From positions 187,150 to 251,149 of IMG/VR virus record IMGVR_UViG_3300021963_000023: 64,000 bases of DNA. One strand, given 5' to 3'. Below, piece after piece: positions 1 to 9,004 of this stretch (position 1 is the first letter of the stretch; every line of letters begins with the position of its first letter). The position numbers were made by a program, and so were the translations under genes. The notes under the pieces are model-generated. The model did not search any database. It was not told where the DNA came from and saw nothing but the letters and a program-made list of their open reading frames with translations.

Positions 1-1431
1 ACAACGAGTGGAGTCTCGTTAGCAAGAATTAACACCGCAAATAACGCGGTAATACCTCCAGCATATCAGGATGGTAAATTTGCAACAGTATTCTCACCAT
101 CATTATATGGTGCAAGCAGTGATGTTAGTTCAAGTGGATATTATCACATATCAAGTTCAATTAGTATTGCGAGTGGATCGAGTCCATTTACCACACCAAT
201 TGATAGTTATACCGAAGTATTCTACGCACCATTAACAACAATATCAACAAACATTCCGGCACAAACACCAACATTTAGTGGTGTAAGTGTTAATGCAATA
301 TCGGCGGTTTCTCGTTCATTGAGTGGAGCACCTTATTTAAGTTCAGCAACATATACAATATCGGGGTCAGTATTAGGACTATTTAATCCTTTATATTATG
401 CTGGTACGGGAATTACAACAATTACAGATTCAGATTCCTTAGTAACTGAGTCGGGCGGAATATTAACAGTATCAACTGCTGGAGGAACAATACAAACTGC
501 AAATGCGGTTTATGATTCAACAGGTGTAACCGCTAGAAGTACAGGAACGGTACCATATGAAACCGATATTGTAAAAGTATATACAACATCATCGTTTGTA
601 CCGGGTACATCTGACGAAAATATAAATCAAACAGGTTTAGGTACAACATCATTCTCATTATATATTAATGGTTTGAATAAAGCGGGAAGTACAACAACAA
701 ACACATCAACAGTTTCATATCATACCGCAGGTAATTTTGGACAACCAGCAGCAAGTGGTAGTTTAGCTTATTATGGTAAGACACAGGGTACAGATACATC
801 AACAACATTAGTTGAATCATTTACAGGAGAAAACAATAGACTACAAGTTAATAATAACATTTTAACATTTAGTGGTGATACCTGGTCAACAGCATTTGGG
901 TTGTACAATTTAGGTACTATAGATTTACAAGTTAAACCAGGATTTTTAGTTAAACCCGGTGGAACATATGGATATTGGTTAGCAAATCCAAGTTCTGCTA
1001 GTGATTACAAATATTACATTCGTAAAGTTAGTAGTGGTGCCGCATCAAATAAAGTGTCAATGACATTAAATCTTGGGCAAGCACTTGTAAACTGGACATC
1101 AACAACTTCAAATTCAGTTTCGGTAGCACTTCTTTTTGAATCTGCTAAAAGTGGAATTTATACACCACCAAGGTTCTTCGACCCTTCAGATACATTAAGT
1201 AACGTAATAAATTCTTCAATATCGGCAAATACGGATGGTACAAATCCATTTGGAAGTGCAATTGCGTTGTACGGAAATACAGGTGGTTCTTTATCAAGTA
1301 CAACATATACAATTCCTTTAAGACCAGCAGATGGTTTTACGGTAAATGCCACATATGATGAGGTGTATGTTATAATAAGATATAAAGGAGACCCAACACC
1401 AATAAGTTCGATAACAACAACATTTAGTTAA
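1..1431 (+). CDS. Virion structural protein, S/T/G-rich (5'-partial)
   Basis: Frame 1 is open from position 1 to TAA at 1431, so the track start at 319 is internal. Ser/Thr/Gly-rich and beta-like, next to fibre genes. Confidence 0.6.
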   Translation, partial: TTSGVSLARINTANNAVIPPAYQDGKFATVFSPSLYGASSDVSSSGYYHISSSISIASGSSPFTTPIDSYTEVFYAPLTTISTNIPAQTPTFSGVSVNAISAVSRSLSGAPYLSSATYTISGSVLGLFNPLYYAGTGITTITDSDSLVTESGGILTVSTAGGTIQTANAVYDSTGVTARSTGTVPYETDIVKVYTTSSFVPGTSDENINQTGLGTTSFSLYINGLNKAGSTTTNTSTVSYHTAGNFGQPAASGSLAYYGKTQGTDTSTTLVESFTGENNRLQVNNNILTFSGDTWSTAFGLYNLGTIDLQVKPGFLVKPGGTYGYWLANPSSASDYKYYIRKVSSGAASNKVSMTLNLGQALVNWTSTTSNSVSVALLFESAKSGIYTPPRFFDPSDTLSNVINSSISANTDGTNPFGSAIALYGNTGGSLSSTTYTIPLRPADGFTVNATYDEVYVIIRYKGDPTPISSITTTFS

Positions 1432-1445
1432 TAATTATATAGTAG

Positions 1446-2483
1446 ATGGCAGCAATAGATAGTACTAAAAAATCAGGTAGGTTCCTCCAAAGTAGAAGGT
1501 ATACACACGATACTTTCACCGACGCTCAAGAAGCTTTTACTTCTGTATTAGATATCAATGCGAGTGAAATTTACATAGACCATAGTTTAATACCAAGTAG
1601 TGGTTTACCATACAATAGTGTGGGTCAAGACGGTTCAATTTATTCTTCAAGTGGTCAACAAGTAATGAAATATTACTATAGACAAACAATGACTAAGTCT
1701 GATACAAACAACGAAGTTTGGTTTTTTTTAGTACCGACAGGTTCAACATCAGGTATTGGAGCAAGTTTAATTAATGGTGGACAACAAATAAATTTCATTT
1801 CCCCAAAATATTCAATTTCATCTTTAGCGAACTCAAATACTGAAGATGCTACACCAGGTTATGGTGTTAAAGTTTTAATTAACGGAGTTCAACAATCCGT
1901 AAACAACTACGCATTTGATTATAAAACTGGTGTTTTACAATTCGCATCAACCGCTGTTGCACCAACAAGTGGGCAAGTTGTAACCATATCTGCTTATCAA
2001 TATGTCGGTAGATTATTATCATCACAAATTGGTGGTGGAGGATCTTCAATTTATGATATTTTTAAACCCACAGGTTCATTTTTTGCAACAACGAATGATT
2101 TACAAGTTACGGGTTCATTAAAGATAACATCTGGTTCCGCTTTATTTGTTAGTTCAAGTATAACTGCCAATAATAGTAATGTATATCTTACAAGTGGTAG
2201 TGGTCTTTATATTAAAGATAACGCAGTTGTAGATATTACAGGATCACTTAATATGTCTGGTTCTGTTAGAATTAAAGGTGATTTAATTGTCGAGGGTACA
2301 ACTATAATGAGACAACCTAATGATCCAAATCTTGACACGCTTATTGTGTCTGGTGCTATGAATATAGTTAAAAACGAAATAAATGCGCAATTAGTTAGGG
2401 CGCAATTAAAGATAGAGAATCTTGGTGCATTATCAGATAGAGCACAAATTAGTGTTCTTGACTGTGGAGATGGATTTTTCTAA
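1446..2483 (+). CDS. Putative virion/baseplate-tail structural protein
   Basis: 345 aa with TGS/SGS repeats; ends LDCGDGFF, resembling the IDGG-type tail of the next gene. Confidence 0.5.
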   Translation: MAAIDSTKKSGRFLQSRRYTHDTFTDAQEAFTSVLDINASEIYIDHSLIPSSGLPYNSVGQDGSIYSSSGQQVMKYYYRQTMTKSDTNNEVWFFLVPTGSTSGIGASLINGGQQINFISPKYSISSLANSNTEDATPGYGVKVLINGVQQSVNNYAFDYKTGVLQFASTAVAPTSGQVVTISAYQYVGRLLSSQIGGGGSSIYDIFKPTGSFFATTNDLQVTGSLKITSGSALFVSSSITANNSNVYLTSGSGLYIKDNAVVDITGSLNMSGSVRIKGDLIVEGTTIMRQPNDPNLDTLIVSGAMNIVKNEINAQLVRAQLKIENLGALSDRAQISVLDCGDGFF

Positions 2484-2495
2484 TTAAAAATAAAG

Positions 2496-2503
2496 TATTT
2501 ATA
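2496..2503 (+). promoter_or_regulatory. TATTTATA putative late-promoter motif
   Basis: Recurs upstream of structural genes. Here it is part of the perfect palindrome TATTTATATAAATA (2496-2509). Confidence 0.55.
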
Positions 2504-2528
2504 TAAATAAAACAATTAAACACAAAAG

Positions 2529-4775
2529 ATGGCACAAATAATTAAACAGAGAAGAGGTAGTATAACCCAATTAAAGGATGTTACAGCCAGAATTAGTGAG
2601 CTTGTTGTTGCAACTGGATCAATTGGTAACCTAAACGGACCATTCCTTTTTGTTGGAGAAACAGAAGGTGTAGCCGGCGCATATAGACCAATTTCTAAGA
2701 TTTATCAGGGATCAGCGGCACCAACGATCACAGTCGGTTCATACGGTTCGATATTAGATGGTACACCCTTCTATGCATCTGCTAATAAATCATTATACAT
2801 ACTTAGTCAAGCCGGTAATTCTAGAATGGATTTTACTGGTAACATTGAAGGTAACACAATATCTAATGTTACTATTACCTCTTTAACAGGTAGTAACGCA
2901 AATTATACAAACCTAACAGGAACAACACTTACAAGTACAAATGGTAATATCACATCGCTTACTGGTAGTAACGCAGTTGTTACAAATATAACGGGAACCA
3001 CAATAACAGGTTCGAATGTACGGGTAACAAACGATTTAAATGTTGGTGGAAAAGTAACCGTAACTGGAGATATTTCTGGATCTAATTTAAATTTAACAGG
3101 AAACGCAACAATTGATGGTGATATAGTTTTAAAGGGTAATATTAGTATTGGTAACCAAACAACAGATTTAGTTACATTTGGTGCTGACGTTAGTTCTTCA
3201 ATTTTACCAGATGTACACAATGCATTCGATTTAGGTTCTTCAGAAAAAAATTGGAGAAACTTACACGTAAGTGGAACCGGGTATATTCAAACATTACAAG
3301 TAAATCAAGTAACTGTTACAAATATAGATGTTACAGGAGATTTAAGAGTTAGTGGTAGTACATTTTTAGGTAATGGTGGAGATAGTACAGTTATTAGTGG
3401 TTCAGTATACAATGACCAATTAACCGATAACAGAGTTCTTATTGTTGGGCCAAATGGTAGAATAGAAGATAGTCAATATTTCACATTTGATGATGTAACA
3501 TTAAAAGTTGGTACTGGAGGTGGAAATTTTGAGGTTGGTACTGCCGCTGGTGACGTTAGAACTTCAGGTTCATTATTAGTTAAAAGTGGTACAACTATAA
3601 CAGGTTCCTTAAACGTAACCGGTTCGGTTAATTTAAAGGGTAACACAACGGTAACAGGTTCATTAGATGTTACGGGTTCTGCAAATGTAGTAGGCCCGGT
3701 TGATGTTAAGGGTGATACAAAATTAACTGGTTCTTTAAATGTTAGTGGTTCTGCAAATGTAGTAGGTCCGGTCGATATTAAAGGGGACACAAAAATGACT
3801 GGTTCATTAAATGTAACCAACATCAAGGGTACAGGTTCGGTTTATTTACAACCCAACCAAGCCGACGCAAGATATTTTGAAATTTATAACACAGCAGCAA
3901 GTGGTGACGTACACATTAAATCTAATCAGGGATTAAGTTTCTTTGGTGATGATACCAATTATTTATTAATTAATGATGGCGCACAAACAGCAACAATTGT
4001 TGGTGTAAACGGTGTATTTGTTAGTTCTTCATTAACTGTAACTGGTTCTTTAAATGTTAGTGGTTCACAAACAATATCAAATAATTTAAATGTTTCAGGT
4101 AGTGCGTCTGTAACAGGAGCATTCACAGTAGGTTCAGGATCAATGACAAGTTTAGGTGGTGACTTATATGTGTCAGGTAACCTACAAGTTTTAGGTTCAT
4201 CAACAAGTGTTAATATCCAATCACAAACGGTTGAATTGGATGATAACATCATTAGATTAAACGCTTATTCACCATTCCAAAGTTATGCTGGATTTGAAGT
4301 TATGGATTCAGGATCATCAGGTGTTTCGGCTTCAATGCTTTGGGATTCACAAAATGATTATTGGATAGTAACAAATCAAAATGGTTCAGGTAGTAAATTT
4401 GTAGGTACAACGTTCGGAGCACAAGGTTCTGAAGTTAATTTAACAAGTGGAACATTCCCAATTGCAACATCAAACAATACAATTGGTGATAGTTTATTAA
4501 CAGATAATGCAACAACATTAAGTTATAATACCAATAAATTTCAAGTAACAGCATCAGATGGTGCTACTTTAATTGCGGGTAACGTAACCGTAAGTTCTGC
4601 TGGCGGTTCAGATTCAGGAACTAAGACTTCTAGAGTGGTTTTCAGAAACTCATCTAACGTTTTAGGTTATGTTTCAGCAACTGAATCAACAGATGTTCTT
4701 GATGGAATTTTAGGATATAAAAATTCAGACGGGGCTCTTAAGTTCTCAACTCTAATTGACGGAGGAACGTACTAA
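2529..4775 (+). CDS. Tail fibre-like protein
   Basis: MAQIIKQRRG N-terminus like Mtd_N-type fibre starts; 6-residue VTGSLN periodicity; C-terminal IDGGTY. Confidence 0.65.
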   Translation: MAQIIKQRRGSITQLKDVTARISELVVATGSIGNLNGPFLFVGETEGVAGAYRPISKIYQGSAAPTITVGSYGSILDGTPFYASANKSLYILSQAGNSRMDFTGNIEGNTISNVTITSLTGSNANYTNLTGTTLTSTNGNITSLTGSNAVVTNITGTTITGSNVRVTNDLNVGGKVTVTGDISGSNLNLTGNATIDGDIVLKGNISIGNQTTDLVTFGADVSSSILPDVHNAFDLGSSEKNWRNLHVSGTGYIQTLQVNQVTVTNIDVTGDLRVSGSTFLGNGGDSTVISGSVYNDQLTDNRVLIVGPNGRIEDSQYFTFDDVTLKVGTGGGNFEVGTAAGDVRTSGSLLVKSGTTITGSLNVTGSVNLKGNTTVTGSLDVTGSANVVGPVDVKGDTKLTGSLNVSGSANVVGPVDIKGDTKMTGSLNVTNIKGTGSVYLQPNQADARYFEIYNTAASGDVHIKSNQGLSFFGDDTNYLLINDGAQTATIVGVNGVFVSSSLTVTGSLNVSGSQTISNNLNVSGSASVTGAFTVGSGSMTSLGGDLYVSGNLQVLGSSTSVNIQSQTVELDDNIIRLNAYSPFQSYAGFEVMDSGSSGVSASMLWDSQNDYWIVTNQNGSGSKFVGTTFGAQGSEVNLTSGTFPIATSNNTIGDSLLTDNATTLSYNTNKFQVTASDGATLIAGNVTVSSAGGSDSGTKTSRVVFRNSSNVLGYVSATESTDVLDGILGYKNSDGALKFSTLIDGGTY

Positions 4776-4800
4776 ACGGTCATTTTAAAATAATAATTAA

Positions 4801-4827
4801 GGGAGGAATAAAAACCTCCCTTTTTTT
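4801..4827 (+). terminator. Rho-independent terminator
   Basis: GGGAGG-AATAAAAA-CCTCCC followed by T7. Confidence 0.85.
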
Positions 4828-4851
4828 ATTTATTTAATCCCAATTTTTGTG

Positions 4852-4859
4852 TATTTATA
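4852..4859 (+). promoter_or_regulatory. TATTTATA putative late-promoter motif
   Basis: Just downstream of the terminator and upstream of the 1358-aa fibre gene. Confidence 0.6.
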
Positions 4860-4927
4860 GTTAAGACCTACATAGGTCATAATTAACCGTGGTATATACC
4901 ACAAACACATAGGAGAGAACCATACAT

Positions 4928-7900
4928 ATGGCACAAATAGTAAAACTGCGTAGGAGTAGTGTATCCGGTCAAAAACCAACTAACTCAAATCTACAATTAG
5001 GTGAATTAGCTTTAAACACTACCGATGGTAAGGTTTATATGGCTAAATCAGGTTCTCTCGGACCATCAGTTGAAGAACTGATAACAACAAACACGGTTAA
5101 TACGGGCTCTTTACAATTAGTAGGCTCAATTACAGCATCGGCATTTAGTGGTAGTGCTGCTGGATTAATAAATGTTCCATTTCAAATTTCAGGTTCTGAT
5201 TTAAGTGGTAACACATACAACAAACAATTTACAAAATTACAATTTGATGATAGTACTGGTTTAAATGTTGAAGAAATAAATCCAGGAACCGCATTTATAT
5301 CAATTGGTTCTCACTTTAAAGATATTTTTGTTTCAGGTTCACCAATATTAAGTGCAACAGGTTCAGATGCGTTTGAAGTTATTGGTGCGGGTGGTCTTGG
5401 AATTTCAACATCAATCACAGATACTAATGGTAATGGATATGTTAAAGAATTAACAATTAGTGCAACAAGTTTATCTTCTTCATTAAATAATAGAATGGAT
5501 ACCATTACGGGTTCCATCACAACTTTATCATCCTCATTAAATTCGAGAATTAATACCCTTAATACATTTACATCAAGTGTTGTGTTAACATCACAAACAT
5601 CTTCGATGAATGTGTTAAGTGCATCATATGCGTTAACAGCGGCATTTGCATTAAACGCAGGTGCTGGTGGAGGTGGAGGATCGGCTATAGGTTCATATAG
5701 TTCTTTAGAAGTTACAAGTGCGGCTTCAACATGGAGTTTTGCACATAACTCTGGACAACAATACCCAATATTTCAAGTTTTTGATAGTAATGGTTTTGTT
5801 GTTATTCCAAGTCAAATTAGAGCGATTGATGAAGATCTCGCTGAAATTATTTTTCCAAGTCCACAAACAGGTATAGTAATTGCATCACTAGGAGGTGGTA
5901 ATGGAACAACACAGGAATTTACAAGTTCATCTTTATGGACAGTTGACCACTATTTGGGAACAGATTATCCCGATGTAACGGTTTGGGATTCAAATAGAAA
6001 TATTGTTTTTCCAAATAGAATTGAGTCGGTTAATACCAACCAAGTAAAAATTTATTTTAGTCAAGCAATATCGGGTAATGTTAGTGTATCAAGAGGTGGT
6101 CATGTTGTAACTGGAAGTATAACTTGGGCTAATGTATTAAATAAACCATCAGGTTTAGTTTCAGGTTCATCACAATTAACAGGGTCTTATGACACTCGTT
6201 ATGTGTTAAGTGGATCAATTACACAAACAACTTGGGATAATATTGCAAACAAACCAAGTGGATTAATATCAGGTTCAGTACAAGTAGACTTAACGAGTAC
6301 AACTGGATATTCAACATTTAGTTCTAGTATATCTACAAGCATAGGTGCATTATCTTCATCGGTTGCAACAACAACTAGTGGATTAAGTTCAAGCATTGGT
6401 TCGTTGAGTTCTAGTATTGCAACAACAACTAGTGGATTAAGTTCTTCGATTGGAAGTTTATCTTCATCAGTAGCAACAACAACCAGCGGATTAACAAGTA
6501 CAATAACAAGTTTAAGTTCATCATTAACATCTTCAATAGGTTCTTTATCTTCATCAGTAGCAACAACAACTAGTGGACTAAGTTCTTCTATAGGAAGTTT
6601 AAGTTCAAGCGTTGCCTCAATTGATAATACACAAAATGGTAGATTAGATTCACTTGAAACTACTAGTGGTAGCATTAGAAGTGATTTTAATACATTCACA
6701 TCCTCTTATAATACAGGTTCATTTACAGGTTCATTCAAAGGTGATGGTACAAATCTTTATAACATTCCAGCAAGTGGTGTAACCGGACTTAATTTAAATA
6801 AAATAATTTCGGGTTCGGTTAGTGCATCAATATCACCAGATAGAGGTTTAGAAATAAACACAAATGTTTATATTGATGGTTCTTTAACCGCCAAAGAATT
6901 ATTTATTAATTATGTAACATCTTCTGTTCTTCTTCAAAGTGGTAGTACAAAATTTGGTGATACATCAGACGATAATCATTTATTTACGGGGTCAATATTA
7001 GTTGATGGAAAAGTTAATGCAAGTTCATTAACAGGATCTATTAATTTTAATAATTTAACTAACGTACCTACATTAGTTTCAGGTAGTTCACAAATTGATA
7101 TAACAGGAACAACAGGTTATTCAACCTTTAGTTCTAGTATATCTACAAGTATTGGTTCTTTAAGTTCCTCAGTTGCAACTACCACGTCAGGATTAAGTTC
7201 TTCTATAGGAAGTTTAAGTTCTTCAGTATCTACAAGTATTGGTTCATTAAGTTCTAGTGTTGCAACAACAACACTTGATTTAAAAAATCGTGTTGATTCA
7301 ATTGAAGGTATAACCGGTTCTATTTCATCATTAAATTCATTTACATCTTCAATTAATACAACAATTAAGAGTAAGTTAGATAGTGATGGTGTTATATCTG
7401 GTTCGATACAAGTTATTTATAGTGGTTTAACAGGAATACCTTCAGGTATTGTATCTGGAAGTTCACAAATTATTTATTCAGGATTAACAGGAATACCATC
7501 AGGTATTGTTTCAGGTAGCTCACAATTAACAGGTTCATATGACACACGTTATGTTCTTAGCGGAAGTATAACACAGACAACTTGGGATAATATTGCAAAT
7601 AAACCAAATGATATTGTTTCAAGTAGTAATCAAATAAGTGCATTTGGATTTTTACAAACAAGTTCATTTAACACATACACATCAAGTAATGATGGTAGAG
7701 TTTCTTCATTAGAATCTTTTACCGCATCATTAAATACGAATTATGTTAGTGAAACAGAATTTGGTACGTATACAGGTTCGATTAACACATTTACAAGTAG
7801 TGTAAACACATACACATCAAGTAATGATGGTAGAGTTTCTTCATTAGAAAGTAAAACAGGTAGTTATGCAACAACAGGAAGTAATTCATTTATTGGTACT

Positions 7901-9004
7901 GAAAGAGTAACAGGTAGTTTAATTGTATCAAGTTCTTTAAATGTAATTGGAACTCAAAATGTAACAGGTAGTTTAATTGTATCAAGTTCTTTAAATGTAA
8001 TTGGAACTCAAAATGTAACAGGTAGTTTAATTGTATCCAATTCTTTAAAAGTAATTGGTAATCAAAATATAAATGGTAATTTATCTGTAACAGGTAGTGT
8101 TGTAATATCGGGTTCATTAGATTTATCAAACGCAAATGTTGATAATTCAAGATATCTACACATACAATCTACTAGCGGAACCACTTGGAATATTGTTCAC
8201 AATTTAAATTATTTATATCCAAGTATCACAGTATATGACGCATCAAATAAGGTGATGTTACCTGATGAAATTACATCAATTGATGCGAATACAACACAAG
8301 TAACATTTGCGGTTGCAGAAAGTGGACACGCTTTGGCTTCAGTCGGTGGTATATCAACAAGCACGGCTGATAGATATCTACATACACAAACATCTGCAAC
8401 AGGTTCGTGGGTTATTGACCATAACATTGGTTACAAATATGTAACAATAAATGTTTATGATGGTGCTGACGAACAATTAATACCACAAAAAATAACTGCG
8501 GTTTCTGTTAACAGAACACAAATTGATTTTGCAACACCAACAACAGGTAATGCAATTATAACTGTAGGTGGACCTCGTACAACATCATTATTTGTTCAAA
8601 CAGGTTCATTCTATAATACAACAACTAACATTGGAATCTCAGGTTCGTTGGTTGTAACAGGTGATGTGGATGGTAATAGTTTCAACACAACATCTGATAA
8701 GAAATTAAAAACAAATCTTGTTAGAATTGAAAACGCATTAGATAAGATTGAAAAATTAAATGGTTATACATTTGATTGGTTAGAAGAATATAGTGAAGAT
8801 AGAACAAGACAAATCGGAATGGTTGCCGATGAGGTATATGAAGTACAACCAGAATTGATATCACATAGAAATATTGTTTTATCAAACAAAGAAGAAAAAA
8901 TAAAATTATTAGACTACTCTAAAGTGACGGCAATATTAATTGAAGCAATTAAAGAGTTGAACGATAAGGTTACAAAATTAGAAAATAAAAAGAAGAAAAA
9001 ATGA
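4928..9004 (+). CDS. Long tail fibre with C-terminal peptidase S74-type intramolecular chaperone
   Basis: N-terminus MAQIVKLRRS..GELALNTTDGK (Mtd_N-like); four W-x-x-x-H-N/Y-x-G/N..V-x-D modules; Ser-rich coiled-coil repeats; C-terminus SDKKLKTN...IGMVADEV...LIEAIKEL. Confidence 0.85.
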   Translation: MAQIVKLRRSSVSGQKPTNSNLQLGELALNTTDGKVYMAKSGSLGPSVEELITTNTVNTGSLQLVGSITASAFSGSAAGLINVPFQISGSDLSGNTYNKQFTKLQFDDSTGLNVEEINPGTAFISIGSHFKDIFVSGSPILSATGSDAFEVIGAGGLGISTSITDTNGNGYVKELTISATSLSSSLNNRMDTITGSITTLSSSLNSRINTLNTFTSSVVLTSQTSSMNVLSASYALTAAFALNAGAGGGGGSAIGSYSSLEVTSAASTWSFAHNSGQQYPIFQVFDSNGFVVIPSQIRAIDEDLAEIIFPSPQTGIVIASLGGGNGTTQEFTSSSLWTVDHYLGTDYPDVTVWDSNRNIVFPNRIESVNTNQVKIYFSQAISGNVSVSRGGHVVTGSITWANVLNKPSGLVSGSSQLTGSYDTRYVLSGSITQTTWDNIANKPSGLISGSVQVDLTSTTGYSTFSSSISTSIGALSSSVATTTSGLSSSIGSLSSSIATTTSGLSSSIGSLSSSVATTTSGLTSTITSLSSSLTSSIGSLSSSVATTTSGLSSSIGSLSSSVASIDNTQNGRLDSLETTSGSIRSDFNTFTSSYNTGSFTGSFKGDGTNLYNIPASGVTGLNLNKIISGSVSASISPDRGLEINTNVYIDGSLTAKELFINYVTSSVLLQSGSTKFGDTSDDNHLFTGSILVDGKVNASSLTGSINFNNLTNVPTLVSGSSQIDITGTTGYSTFSSSISTSIGSLSSSVATTTSGLSSSIGSLSSSVSTSIGSLSSSVATTTLDLKNRVDSIEGITGSISSLNSFTSSINTTIKSKLDSDGVISGSIQVIYSGLTGIPSGIVSGSSQIIYSGLTGIPSGIVSGSSQLTGSYDTRYVLSGSITQTTWDNIANKPNDIVSSSNQISAFGFLQTSSFNTYTSSNDGRVSSLESFTASLNTNYVSETEFGTYTGSINTFTSSVNTYTSSNDGRVSSLESKTGSYATTGSNSFIGTERVTGSLIVSSSLNVIGTQNVTGSLIVSSSLNVIGTQNVTGSLIVSNSLKVIGNQNINGNLSVTGSVVISGSLDLSNANVDNSRYLHIQSTSGTTWNIVHNLNYLYPSITVYDASNKVMLPDEITSIDANTTQVTFAVAESGHALASVGGISTSTADRYLHTQTSATGSWVIDHNIGYKYVTINVYDGADEQLIPQKITAVSVNRTQIDFATPTTGNAIITVGGPRTTSLFVQTGSFYNTTTNIGISGSLVVTGDVDGNSFNTTSDKKLKTNLVRIENALDKIEKLNGYTFDWLEEYSEDRTRQIGMVADEVYEVQPELISHRNIVLSNKEEKIKLLDYSKVTAILIEAIKELNDKVTKLENKKKKK
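7907..8068 (+). repeat. 54-bp tandem repeat (2 identical copies + 1 diverged) in fibre gene
   Basis: gtaacaggtagtttaattgtatcaagttctttaaatgtaattggaactcaaaat at 7907-7960 and 7961-8014; diverged copy at 8015-8068. Confidence 0.9.

Noticed and set aside
6161-8068. CRISPR array
   Set aside because: The repeats are in-frame coding repeats without unique spacers, and there are no cas genes.
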